Shown here: positions 24,932 to 38,453 of the stretch, one piece after another | How positions within the stretch are numbered: position 1 is the stretch's first letter | Layout of the letters: the number at the start of each line of letters is the position of its first letter | Source of the DNA: Trichosphaerium sp. ATCC 40318 | Taxonomy: Eukaryota > Protista > Tubulinea | Direction: 5' to 3' | Length of the DNA: 64,000 nt | Assembly (NCBI GenBank): GCA_038496445.1 | Contig: JALMLS010000578.1 | Span: 62,001-126,000, forward strand | Notes under the pieces: model-generated | Seen by the model: the letters and a program-made list of their open reading frames with translations, nothing else | Database searches by the model: none | Told to the model about the DNA's origin: nothing | Program-made: the position numbers and the translations under genes

Positions 24932-27413
24932 ATGGCAGAAGTGAAGGAACCTCTTAATGGTGCGACATACTTGAAACATAAGTTTAGGGTCCGTAGCTAC
25001 GCACGTCCCACGTTTTGCGAGGTAAATTACTGTAATTTGACGCCATTTACGTACAAATACGTGTAGGTATGCGGTAAATTGCTGTGGGGTTTAATGAAAC
25101 AAGGTGTGGAGTGCCAAGGCATGTTACTTGTCATTTAACGAAAAACATACTGATTGAGCTACAGATTGCCACTTTATAGCGCACAAGTCATGCGCTAAGG
25201 GTACTTTACCGAATTGTAGAATTGGTCACGATGAGGTACACTTGCATTTTTTACGCAATCAGTGAACGTCGCTCACTGTGAAAAGGAAACAGGCACCAAT
25301 TGCGACCACTCCTTCTATCAGAAGTCTTTTATGCGGCCCACATACTGTAACGTGTGCAGGTCGATGATTAAAGGTACAAAACCCGCTTTTCTTTGAAGCA
25401 TCCACTAACAAAGCCAGGCCTGAAAAAGCAAGGTTACGCTTGCTCCAGTACGTAACAAATTGCTCGTGTGAAATGATTGTTTTAACGCAAAAATAGTATG
25501 TCAGTTTGCGGCGCACCAGCGTTGTACTGTAGCAGCACCCGCAACATGCCCTCGTCTATCTGTTGATACTGCGCCACAAACAAAGGCAAGTAGTCAAACT
25601 ATGTTACGCGTTATAACGGCTTTAGTACAGGAAATCCAGCACTGCTGGATAGAAGGTAATATAGTAGGGAAATGTGATTTATGCAATAAAGGTCTCATGA
25701 GTCCAAACTGCATGTATGGTTATAGGTGCTACTGGTGTTGCAAACAGGTGGGGTCAAATAACTGCTACATTGTAATTTTGTTCTGACGTCACGGCCTAGA
25801 TTTGTGGAACAAATTGTATGGAATACTATTCCGGTACTTGCAATCTTGGCGACTACAAGTACGCTTTACCATCTCCGCATATCTACTTTACTAACTTTCT
25901 CGTGTCAAACAGAACAATCCGTATACCACCCACTTATATACGTACAAATGGATCTACAGACCGATCCAAATGGACTGCACGTTTTTTTTTGAATTTCGAA
26001 GATCCTTTACATAAAATAACGGCCTTGTCGTAGATATCAGCGCCAGTGGGTACTACGCCAATTTTAGTGTTTATAAACAAGAAAAGCGGAAACCAAGAAG
26101 GTCAAAAGCTGACAAATAGGCTCAACAGAGTATTGTACGCAGCCCCTTAAAACAAATGAGTTTATGGCAGTTGTAGCAATTCTGATTACTGACACGTGAT
26201 ATAGAAATCCAATACAAGTTGTGGACTTGGGGAATGGTGGACCCAAGAAGGGATTTGATCTCTTTAAAGATATTAAAAAATATACCGTTTTGGCGTGTGG
26301 AGGTGATGGCACTGCAGCGTGGGTGCTCGAAACAATGGACACGCTAAAACTTGACCCTCGACCTCCCCTTGCTGTTCTACCTCTTGGTACAGGAAACGAT
26401 CTTTCTCGTGTTCTTGGTTGGGGTCCAGGTATACTCCCAACATGATTTTTTTTGTTGAAGATTGCAATAGGATACAGTGGCGGAGATGTAGGCACTATTG
26501 TAAAGAAGATTGCAAATTCATCGGAGGGGAAGCTGGACAGATGGAAGGTTGACTTTATTAACAACACAGATGGCTCAGTAGAAACCAAGATTATAAATAA
26601 CTACTTCAGTATAGGTACGCACAACATAACTGAATTTTTATGGTGTTAACGTTTGTACTTTAGGTGTGGACGCTTCTGTATCATTGAAGTTCCATGAAGC
26701 GCGAGAAAAGAATCCTAAAAAATTTTCAAGTAGGAGTTTTAACAAATTGTACTATGGCGTGCAAGGTGCTGGACATATGTTCAAACCAGGAGATTCTAAA
26801 AACTTACACGAAAAGATATCACTAAAGGTACCGCCCCTTTGTCAATAACAAGTTTGATTTCAAAATATTGAATCTAACATAAAAAAACAGCTTGATGGTA
26901 AAGATGTTGCAATAAACAAACTTCAAGGTATAGCGTTATCAAACATAACAAGTTACGCAGGTGGTTCTGACTTGTGGGGTTCAAAAACAAAGGTAAGTGT
27001 TAGCTTCGGAGAGTAAATCAGCAGTCTTGACTTATGCTTCATTTAAAAAGGGTCAGTTTGTCAAGCAAGCACGTGACGACGGTATATGTGAAGTTGTTGG
27101 ATTAACAGGCGCATTTCACGTGGTACAGTACCATTTACCAGTTAATTCAGTATACTAACGAATCATCCACAAAAGGCCCAAATTGTTTCTGGAACTGCAG
27201 CTGCAATAAGGCTAGGACAAGGAAAATCGGTAACCATGAACATAAAATCCAATATAAATATCCCGTGTCAAATAGACGGTAAGTGTCATACGACGTGTTG
27301 GTAAATCTGTGACATACAACGTAGGTGAACCTTGGGAGCTCGATTGCACAAAAGTTAGCGAAATTCGTATAACGTTACACAATACTGTCCCTGTACTTGT
27401 TGCGCCTAAATAA
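24932..27413 (+). CDS. Diacylglycerol kinase with three C1 domains
   Basis: Three C1 zinc fingers; VFINKKSG, ACGGDGT, LPLGTGNDLSRVLGWG, NNYFSIGVDA, PCQIDGEPW. Confidence 0.96.
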
Positions 27414-27618
27414 AGTACACCAGCGACACTTCAACTCTAGGACTAAAATCGTATCTTCAGAATTTTTGGGCCAACTTTGAAAACTCAGCGCCATCGGTTT
27501 GTACCTCGCCATAGGCGTATGGCTTTGTTGAGGGGTTCTTTATATCTACTCAGAATAGTGTTGACGGATTTGAAGTAATTTTATTCTCCAGAACTGCTTG
27601 TTGCATGGTTTAGTGGCC

Positions 27619-30600
27619 ATGGCAAACTTTGGAAGTGCTGTTGATAAAGAAAAATGGATCAACACCCAAGAAAAGGTTCGTTTGTTGCACTTGTTCCCGA
27701 TCACCTTGCGAAACCGCATAACCAACCGCTATTGTAGGTATTTACGCGTTGGGTGAATACTCACTTGGAAAAGAGTGAACGGGACAACATAGATGGCCTC
27801 CTCAATTACCAGCTTCAAGATGGGCTCGCATTGATATCCCTGCTTCAGGTACTGCACGCAAAGCGCCTTTATTGTGCAGTAGGCGATTAAACACGCGAAA
27901 ACTAATAGCTACAAGGTATTGAGCGACTCTAAACTTGGTTCATACGCAAAAAAGCCAAAATTCCAAATACATAAGATAAACAACCTATCCATCGCGCTTT
28001 CCTTTATAACGGGTAAAGCAAAAATCAAAATCGTAGCGATTGGTCCTGCAGGTGAGCGTTCGCCATCAATGATGCAAAAACTCCTTTTAGAAGATACAGC
28101 TTTTTTTTTTTTTTTTGTTTTTATTATTAAAGCATCTTGTGCTGAAATACACGTCTCTAGATATTGAACAGAATAATACCAAGTTAATACTCGGCTTGAT
28201 TTGGTCGCTTATTCTCCATTACCATATTTCAAAACGCACTCCTGGCTCAGCCAGAGGTCCGAAACCTGCAGATAGCAAAGGTGGCAACAACGCGTCATGT
28301 ACGTATTAAGAAAGTTGTGCCGTAGTTTTTCTTTTTTTGGCAATTATTGGAGCTTTCCAATAATCCAAGCAACTCACTCCATCATTTTAGCTGGCGGCGA
28401 TAAAGGTGCACGTGGCGCGTTATTGGCGTGGTGTACTGATGTAGCAGGTTTGAACGTAAAAAACTTTGGCTCAGAGTACGTTCACTCATTTCCTTTAAAA
28501 TCCGTGACAAATTTTCTTTTTTACGTTTTCATCTCACGCCTTATGTTAGCTGGAAAGATGGAAAGCAACTGCGTAAACTCGTAGAATTTGTAGCTCCAAA
28601 GAGCATGGAAGGAGAACCAAACGTACGAGATGACAAGTCTGAGAGTCTTGATAAGACTTAAGGAAAAAAAGTGGCATTGTATTTATTCTCTATTTTAGAC
28701 ACCTCCCCTTGCCTCTATTGCAGCTTCTATTAAGGTGGCTACCGCCAAGTGTGAGATTCCTTCTCTTATTGATCCAGCTGATATGGCTGAAATCGGAGAC
28801 GAATTATCGAACATGACATACATTAGTTATTTCAGGGACCATGTACGTCACTCTTTACACCAATTTTGGACGGTCCGTGTTAACGTGCCGTAGCATGCTC
28901 GCACCGGATCTGAAGCCCCACTGATGAAGATGATATCTCCTAGACGCTCACAAAAGTTGGGCAGTCCTCTAACACTTGATACATCTGTGAAGTCGCCAAA
29001 AGCCGGCTCACGACAAAGTGCTCGCTTCGGAAATGCACCAGCATCTCCAAAACCAGCAAGTAAGCATTTGCATACCCTTTAGGCATATCCTTGTACTGAT
29101 GCACTACTATTAGATACTCCTTGGACATTTGAAGTACAGCATTGGCGCGAACCTAAAAATGTATTTAGCGTCCATGTAAAAAATATGGCTTTCACCACTT
29201 TGGTACCACACAATCTATTCTTTTTTTAGCTTCTAAGACTTATGCAATAGTGGACGAGCATACTCATGCAGTCAGAATTCCGACAGATGAAGTGCTTGTA
29301 CTATGTTAGCGAAGGCAATTGCACAAGGTAGTCCTTGTTTGCTTTTACTAGTTTTTTATTCATGCGTTTGTTGCTGACCTTTTTTGTAGAATTCGCAATA
29401 ATAGTCATGTTGCTGCAGCAAAGGGCCAGACGCTATTTGCCTACTCTAAAGAGTTACCAAAAGGGGTTATTCCTGTATCGAGCAGAGAAGATACTGCAAA
29501 CGCTGACGACAACGATGATGAGGACTTATTGCCTCCTGAGGGTGTCAACTTGCGTGCTGTATTTGATGGTACCACAGGTGCCTTTTCAGGCCATCCTGTG
29601 ACCGTATCAATGCGTCTAATGAATGTTGATACAAACCAAACCTACGTCACAAAAGACAAAGCCTTCACTGTTGCAGTATCAGGCCCAGAAACACACAGGT
29701 TTAAACCTCGTCCTACAGCCGATGGCATATACCAAGTTTCTTTCAAGCCTAAAGATGCTGGCGTGTACAAGTTTAGCGTGGACATGTACGGTTTAGAGAC
29801 CAGTGATTTTGCCAATCCAGTGCGTGTCAATATTGTACCAGGTGCGTTTATTATTACTGGGTTCAAGTTTCGATATTTACTCACATTGATTTGCTTAGGT
29901 AATATTATCATTGATACACATGATGCCCCTATACAATTGACGGCTGGAGACGCTGATCGTATATCTTTGGATCTTCCAAAGGACGACAAAGGCATCACCT
30001 ACCCACTTGCGGATCATATGAATCGATTTGACATTGAATGCACTCCAATTAATGGTGAAGGTGACTTGAAAGCCCACATGACCAAAGGTGCGCTTTAACA
30101 CAGAAGATTTACGGCTTGCTCTTTTTTTTAACTTCAAACGTAGGACCTTACAGCAGATCGCTCGCTCTAGTACTCGATAAGGCTGAACCTGGCATATTTA
30201 AGGTTAACGTATCGTTATTCGATGTACCATTGTTGTCTGCACCACTCACTGTTGAGATTGCAAGCCCATCCACAGCTGATGTATCACAAGGTACGTCTGT
30301 CGTATGCTGCAATCTGTTTTGAAGATGGCTAACAATCCCATTTTTAATAGTGGATTTGGACAACGAACTCGATTCACTTGTCAAACAAGTCGCGAGCAAT
30401 AGAAATAGTGCCAGCAAAATGGATGCCGATGACTTGGCTAAAGAGTTGGATGCATTGGACGATTTGTTGACACCTCTTGAAGCAAACATTAAACCATCAC
30501 GCGGTGACCACCCTGGCACTGTATCAATGGAATTGAACGCTATTGTATCATCCTTAAATCCTGACAAAATCGATGATGATGGTGTTGATGTCAATGCTGC

Positions 30601-33600
30601 TGTATCCGATCTGGATGGCATTATGAGCGAGTTCTCACGAGCTTCTACCAGAGACCTAAAAAAGCTTAAAGCAAAGCCAGTTTCTGACGGTGTTGGTTTC
30701 GCAGCTGAATTGGATGAACTAGACGACCTTGTAAATGATCTTGCGTACGAATAACCGCTCCAGGCTTAAAATAAGCTGACCAATATTTGTTTAGAGACCT
30801 TAATGGGGATTCTGGTTCTTCTTCATCTGGTGACGATGGTAAGAAGAAGAAAAAATCAAAAGGAGGGTTTGGTGTCAAAGTTGGTGGCAAAGCAAAAGGC
30901 GGTCTCAACCTCGGCAATGGTGACTCGTCATCTTCCTCTGATTCCGATGACGGCAAAAAGAAGAAAAAGTCAAAAGGTGGCTTTGGTGTAAAGATTGGAG
31001 GCAAGGCTAACCTTAACGCTGGTGGTGATACGTCAGACTCTGATGAATCGAAGGAAAAGGGTAAAAAGAAAAAGAACAAGTCCAAAGGTGGTGTTGGTGT
31101 CGACCTCGATGTCAACCTCGGTGGTAAATCTAATGGCGGCTCTGGCACTTCCTCATCTTCCTCCGATGACGATGCTGACAGCAAGAAGAAGAAAAAGGCA
31201 AAAGGCGGCTTTGGCGTCAAAGTTGGAGGCAAAGCAAAAGGTGGCCTCAAACTCGGCAACGGAGACTCTTCATCTTCCTCTGATTCTGATGATGGTAAAA
31301 AGAAGAACAAATCCAAAGGATTTGGTGTCAAAGGAGGTGTTAAACCGAAAGGCAAAGCCAAGGGCGGATTTGGTGTTGATGTAGACGCTGATCCATTTGA
31401 CGATATGGCTGATCTCGATGACCTCTTAGACGGCTTTGATGTGAAGGCATCAACCAGAGATAATGACGCAAATGTAAACGCGTCTGCTGGTATGTCACTT
31501 GATGACGATCTTGCCGACCTAGATGATGTTCTTGCCGGTCTAGACGACAATAAAAAGTCTAAAGGCGACTCTTCATCTTCATCTGATGACGATGGTAAGA
31601 AGAAGAAAAAGTCAAAAGGAGGGTTTGGTGTCAAAGTGGGCGGCAAAGTAAAAGGCGGTCTCAAACTCGGCAATGGTGACTCTTCATCTTCCTCGTCTTC
31701 CTCTGATGATGGTAAGAAGAAAAAGTCGAAAGGCGGCTTTGGTGTCAAAGTTGGTGGCAAGCCTAAAGGAGGCGTTGGCGCTGATATTGACATTGACGTC
31801 AACACCGACATTGATGGCTTAGACGATCTTGATGACCTTATCAGTGGTCTAGATGATGATGCAAAGAAGGCAGATGCTGATGTGTCTGTTGACACAGATG
31901 CTCTTGCCGATTTGGACGACATCGTTGCTGGACTTGATGCTGATATTGGTCTTGATGTTGATGGTTCTGCCAAAAAGAAGAATGGATCATCATCTTCGTC
32001 ATCATCATCATCAGATTCTGATGGCAAGAAAAAGAAGGGTAAAGCCAAGGGTGGCTTTGGTATCAAGGTGGGCGGTAAGCCGAAGGTCAAGGGAACCGTT
32101 GGCGCAGATGTTGATGTGGATCCTCTCGATGATTTAGCTGACCTTGATGACTTGGTTGCTGAATTCAACACTGGCGTCAGTTCTCCTTCAACACAGCGCT
32201 CTGACAACGTTGACCTTGAAGGTGATTTGGAAGGTCTTGACGATTTGGTAGCCGAATTTAACATTGGTATCAAACCCATGGCTCCAGGTGGCAAATCTGC
32301 TAAAAAGTCATCGTCTTCATCTTCCTCGTCTTCTTCTAGCTCTGATGGAAAGAAGAAAGCCAAGGGCGGTTTTGGCGTCAAAGTGGGCGGTAAAACAAAG
32401 GTGAGAGGCGGTATCGGTGCTGACATTGATCCTCTTGACAACATGGATGACATTCTTGACGATTTGGATGACTTGGATGACGTTGTTGCGTCACTCAACA
32501 CAGATGATGATAAAGTCAATGTCACAGCTTCTACACGATCAAATGAGCCTGTTTCAGCCTCAACACCATCGTTGTCAAAACCTGCACCTAAGATCAATAG
32601 CCGATCTTCCTCACGATTCAGTCTTGATGACGAACTTGATGACCTTGATGCGATCATTGATGACTACAAGCTCATTGAAAAGGACGAATCTCCAAAAGAA
32701 CCACAAGTTCAAGTTAAAGTTACACCAGAGTGCGTAGTTTTTATAACAGTAAACACATCATACAAGTGCTAATGTATCATCAAATAGGATCGCTGTTTCT
32801 AAGCCTAGAGTACTCGAACGTCCCGCTTCTGGTCCAGATTTCCCAGCACCTCCTTCTACAGGACCTGCACCACCAAGAGAAGACTTGATACGTATGGTCA
32901 TGCGTGCAATTGATACTCTCCGAAAACCTGCTGGATCTCCAGAAAACGAGGTACTTACATATTTTTCTTGTTCTTCAACAAAAAGAGATTGCGCTAATGA
33001 TCCTATTACAGAGACTCGAGCAAACAATGGAAGCTGCTGTAATGCACGCCAAGAAAATGTTTGGGCTCACTGAGAAACCATACGCAGAACTTGCAGTCGA
33101 CAGTGATGCTGCCCGCAGATCACTTGCAGATATCATCATTGTTGTCATTCTCTTTGTTCGCGACTTGTGGAGGGATGTTGCATTGATATTCGATCTCGAG
33201 ATTCGCGTAACCCTAATGTTACAATGCACAGACCTGGCCAATCGTGCTATACGCCTATTGGAGTTCTTTGATACAATATTCAAGCTTCAAGAAGGTGGTA
33301 GAAAGCAACACGCGATGGAATATGAGATACAAATAGCTGGTATGCCTTAAAATCTTGGATTCGCGCATAGTTTGGTTTTTTTCATCCTGACCTCGTTTTA
33401 GATATTAAAACACTTCTCGCGCAAATACTACGTAAGCTCAAGGCTTGCACATTGGAACAACATAATACCGAACAGTACACTGGTGGATTGGCAGCTACCA
33501 TTGAGAATATTGACCCAATCTTCAAACAATGTGTCTCTAATATAAGCATGGGCTTTATGACACACGAGGACATCTCAAACGCTTGCCATCCTGGACTACG

Positions 33601-34987
33601 ACCTGTAGACCTTAAACAAGGTATTACAACGCCCTCCTCATGGTTTTTTTAAAGAGCTTTTGAGTTCTAACCTTTTTTGTTAGGTATTACAGAGCTGTCC
33701 ACACGTGTTGGCTTGTTGACGGAGGTCATCAGTGGAGGAGAAATAGACCCACTTAAGTTCTTGGTGGCAGTTTTGCGTTTCTTGCATTACATAAGCGTTC
33801 TTGTTGCACTATTTATTGAAAACAACGCAGCACGAGAGGTAACAATGCATCCTTACTATCTTGTGGGTTGAATATACTAAAGTTGGTTTTAGAACATTAG
33901 CAAAGAAGCAAAATCACTAGCAGATGTCTGCATAGAGTTCTATGGCTTGTATAGCAGACATGACATGGCTTCTGCTGGTGTTGTTATTCAAAGGTTTGCT
34001 GCTGGTATACAAACTCTCATTGCGTACGTCAAATCAACTATTTAATTCGCGTATGTGTCTAATACCTGTCGATAGGGCAATAAATGCCAGCCCTGAGATG
34101 CAACCTGCAACGGAAAATCCTTCCAACTTACAACTACGTGGCCCACGTCGTACACGTGTATCCACACCAATCAAGTTCACTGTAACTTGCACTGAGAACG
34201 ATGGCAGTCCTACAAAGTACGACCAATACCACCTTTAACTTTTTTTTCCTTCTTGTTTTTCTCGTGTGCAGGCGAACTGACTGAGTTTGCTTTTGTAGTC
34301 TTGATCCGCGAATACTCGAGTATAGAATCGAGGCTGCGGATGGATCTGTTAACAAGAGCATTCAAGCTACCTCACCATCTATTGGCGTATGTGTATTTGA
34401 GCTATCGCTCATGAGTCCTGGAGATTTCCTTTACAATGTATTCGCCAATGGCGAGCCTATATACTCTGAGAGATGCAAACTCATTGTAGAAAACGGTAAG
34501 TGGACTTTTTAGTGCTACAGCACCCCAGAAGTTTTTTTTAACAAGTTTTTAGGACCTTCTGCAAGACACTGTGAGCTCCTCAGTCCGCCAAACGGTAAAA
34601 CAGGCCAAAAGATCACATTACAGGTTCAGGTTCGTGGTTATTTATTCATTTCTTTTTTTTGTTGGATCATAAACCTGATCATGTTATCTTAGGCACGTGA
34701 CATTGACGGCAAGGCGCTAAAGACCGGTAACGACGATTTTTGGGTTGCTGGCCGTGGACCTTCACTCCAGAACATCATACAAAGAGATAACCGTAATGGC
34801 ACTTACAACATATCGTTCGAACCACAACATAGCGTACGTCTCTTTTATATTTTTTCAGTGGCTACTCAAATACCTTGCCTGCTCGCTGAGTACTAACGTG
34901 AACCAATAATAGGGCAAATATGAAATTTTTGTCAAGTTCAATTCCGACAATATTCAAGGGTCGCCAGCCGTAATACACATTTTGTAA
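27619..34987 (+). CDS. Large filamin-like protein: tandem CH actin-binding domain, filamin Ig repeats, a long LD-motif/Lys-Gly-Ser repeat region, a helical domain and C-terminal filamin repeats
   Basis: KWINTQEKVFTRWVN, KLILGLIWSLILHYHI, ALLAWC, DELSNMTYISYF; filamin motifs DGIYQVSFKP and DNRNGTYNISFEP...IQGSP. Confidence 0.88.
30350..32665 (+). repeat. Coding low-complexity repeats (SSSSDDGKKKKKSKGGFGVKVGGK and DLDDLxxxL)
   Basis: Directly visible in the ORFs 30350..30754 and 30787..32772. Confidence 0.95.
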
Positions 34988-35227
34988 GCGCTTTTTACGA
35001 ATGCCGGCCTGCTTAGCCTTACGGTTTGTAAAAGTAGCAGCTTTTGTCGTGTAAGTAAAATTGTATTATACACTCCTAGCCCCGCTACCTTTTCTTTATT
35101 GAGATGACTAAAAAATGTTTTTCCGTCAGTCTGGTCCGTATGGAAGGAACTTGTCGTATTCATTGAAGCGTGTCTTGTTGTACCACCTTGCTTAGCGAAG
35201 CGTGCTTAGCGTTACCAATAGTATATA

Positions 35228-36299
35228 ATGTCTGTGAAGGGAGTACTATTTGATTTGGATGGTTTGTTGCTGAATACTGGTAATTCGTTGTTTTACTGTT
35301 TAAATGTCTGACGAAAAGTAGAACCATTGTATGAGGAGGCGATACAAAAGACCCTTACAGAGCTTGGAGGTGAGCATGTGTTGTACAGTCACTTGTGACG
35401 TTTAATAGCTGGTATCTACACCAGCGAACTGAGAAGCGCAGTTCTTGGGAGAGGAGAGGAAGAAGGGGCTGGAATAATCATAAAGGCGAAGAATTTAACA
35501 ATGGTATCCAATTGTCAATCATTTCTAAAAGCACAGGTCACGGATAATTATCTAGGAGCCAGAGGAGCTTCTAAAAATGCGTAACAAATACTTGGAGCAC
35601 CTGTTTCCAACTTGTACTTTGATGCCAGGTAATTCGACAATTGCAACGTCAGCAACATGCTGAAAACAGAACGTAGGTGCTGCGAAGTTGACTAAGCACT
35701 TGGCGCGTCACAAAGTACATTCTCTTGTAGCAGAACAACATGAACTGATGAGAGTAGGTGCCAGTTGCCGTAGCAACCTCATCTCATAGAAAATTTCTGT
35801 CAATGAAGGTGTCACACCATGGTGACTGGTTCAACATGTTCAAGTTTGTAGTAACTGGTAAGCCATACAACGACATATATTATTATAATCTGTTGGCAAG
35901 CATGTTAACAATAATATGATGACTAGGCGACCAGGTAGAAAATGGCAAACCTGCTCCAGACAGTGAGTATCGACTATTAGTTTTGTTTTCCTATCACATC
36001 ATGACTACTAACAACGCCCTAGTTTTCATTGCAGCTGCGGCTGGCATAGGTCTGGATCCAAAGCACTGTCTTGTCTTCGAAGATTCTCCAAGTGGCACAC
36101 AGAGTGGTGCAGCAGCAGGTTGGAGCCTTATCCTCATTTCCTTTTAATAACACTTCACTATGCAGGCTGTACAGTTATATCCGTCCCTTCACTAGACGAC
36201 AAGTCACGTTATAAACCCGCCACAGCTATTTTGACTAGCCTCAATGAATTCAAGCCTCAAGATTATGGATTGCCACCATATGACAGCACTCAGGAATAA
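35228..36299 (+). CDS. HAD-IA phosphatase, pseudouridine-5'-phosphatase (HDHD1/GS1)-like
   Basis: VLFDLDGLLLNTE, LMPGA, AVATSS, GKPAPDIF, CLVFEDSPSG. Confidence 0.92.
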
Positions 36300-36368
36300 A
36301 AAGCGCGTTGGTCATATCACGTGTATTAGTTTATGCCTTAATGTTAACTGAAATCACACACGTGTGTA

Positions 36369-37819
36369 CTACTTTTCTTTTTTCTTGTGCAATGCCATAC
36401 CAGCACGTGAAGCATTAGTTTCTGTAATTTGTGAGATCCAAGCACTGGTCTCTACCAGTTTGTCCATGTTTACCTTTATGATTTGTCTTGTTAGTTTTTT
36501 GGAAGTTGTTAAAGAACCTTAAATTATTCGCGTACCCCTGTATCTACATTCAAGCCGTGTAGCATGTACACTACGTCTTCAGTTGCTACGTTACCAGAAG
36601 CACCCTATGACGTCAGTGAGTAAAAGCCGCTAACCATAACTGCACTATTACCTTGGCGTAAGGACATCCACCAAGCCCAGCAACGCTACTATCAACGACT
36701 GACACGCCCATCTACAAAAACGGATGAATTGAAGGGAAAAAAAAATGATAAGTTTTGTAATATACCTGCAACGCTGCGAATATATTAGCTAGCGCTTGGC
36801 CGTAAGTATCGTGGTAGTGCACCGCTAATTTTTCGATAGGTACACGGCTTGACACTGCTTCAAGCATCTTAATTGTAGACGCCGGGGTTCCAACGCCTGG
36901 TGGCACCAATTAGTATCCAGAAACCAGACCGATAAACACGGAGAAACGGGATTTGTTACCTATTGTGTCACCTAGTGATATCTCATAACATCCCATATCT
37001 GCTAACGCAGCTGATACTTCTGCCACCTTTTCTGGAGCAATACTGCCTTCGTATGGACAACCAGCGACGCAAGATACTGGTTAAATGGAACGAGTTAGAT
37101 GACGCCAAAATATAGTATTTTAAAGCAGTACTGTACCATAGCCACGCACGCGGATATCGTGCTCTAGAGCTCGTTTGACTACCTTTTCGTACACCTCTAG
37201 ACTCTCCTTTATGGTCTTTCTAATATTCTTTCTGAAGTACGTTCGTTAAATACATACAAAGCTGCGTTGTTGATTGTGCACGTACTGCGTGAATGATTCG
37301 GAAGCGGCAGAGAAAATAGCAATTTCCTTGGCACCGGCCTTGATTGCCTGATCCAAGCCACGCATATTGGGTACTAGTACTGGCAAGTTTATGCCCGACA
37401 AGGCGTTCTTTACTGACTCAAATACAGCTGCAGTGTCAGCCATCTGCTACATGTCACAAATTTCCATCACTGCGTAATACGTACCTGTGGGATTGCTTCA
37501 GGCTTAACAAACGCTCCAGCTAAACAGAAACGGTGGTCAGACAATAATTGTAAGAACGCTCTCACCTTCAATATTTACAAGCCCAGCGCCTGCTAGACGC
37601 TCAATCAACTCAATTTTGGTCTCTGTACTAATCTATTCTCCGCTGTTACCAAAAACCGCTAAAACAATAGCCAACCTTTTTACGTTCGTTCTGTAAGCCA
37701 TCTCTAGGCCCTACTTCCACAATGCGAACGGATTTAGGAATGTTATCAAGAATAGCTGTGCTGTAGCCTCTGGTAGTACTATTACCCACTGTTCTACGCG
37801 CAACGATGCGATGTAACAT
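36369..37819 (-). CDS. HMGCL: Hydroxymethylglutaryl-CoA lyase, mitochondrial
   Basis: Transit-like N-terminus, [59 protein letters not shown]. Confidence 0.97.
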
Positions 37820-37878
37820 ATTGTTAGGTGGTTCTGTCAGTTAAAACAGTTGACTAGCGTCAAAGGCGTTATTTGACA

Positions 37879-38254
37879 ATGTCGCTGTTACACATCAAGT
37901 TTAAAATCTATGGAAAGGTACAGGGTACTAACAGATTTAACAATGTGTTCGTAACCAGTGCGCAGGTGTATTTTTCCGCAAATGTACTCAAAGGAAGGCG
38001 CAACAGCTAAATATTGTTGGTTACGTGCGTAATGTTCGCATGGATAAAACTGTGGAGGGTGAAGCGCAAGGACAAACGCAAAATATTAAAGAAATGTAAG
38101 CTTACTTTTGTCTGTTGATGTACATAATTAGCGTAGGCAACGCTGGCTTGAGGAAGAAGGCTCTCGAAACAGTAGGATAGACAAAGCCGTTATAACACAC
38201 CACGAGATCACGGAGCTAACGTTTTCTGGTTTTGCTGTGCGTCCCACTGTGTAA
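37879..38254 (+). CDS. ACYP: Acylphosphatase (not in the ORF track; 2 introns)
   Basis: Spliced IYGKVQGVFFRKCTQRKAQQLNIVGYVRN..TVEGEAQG. Confidence 0.93.
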
Positions 38255-38453
38255 GAGCGCGTTTGCGAAAGAAAAATATTGAGCAGTACACGTGATGCGT
38301 GTTAACGACAATAGCCTTCGCAATGAATCCGAGTAAGCTGCACAACGCTCCTCACCGCTCTCGGATTCAGCGAGTGATTCAACGATAAATAAATAAGTTG
38401 ACTTGCGCAATCTGCGCCTACAAAATAGTAACGGCAACTCTAAATAATCAAAC

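Noticed and set aside
30666-32657. 663-aa minus-strand ORF (also 30148..30621)
   Set aside because: Antisense shadow of the low-complexity filamin exon, whose codon usage avoids reverse-strand stops.
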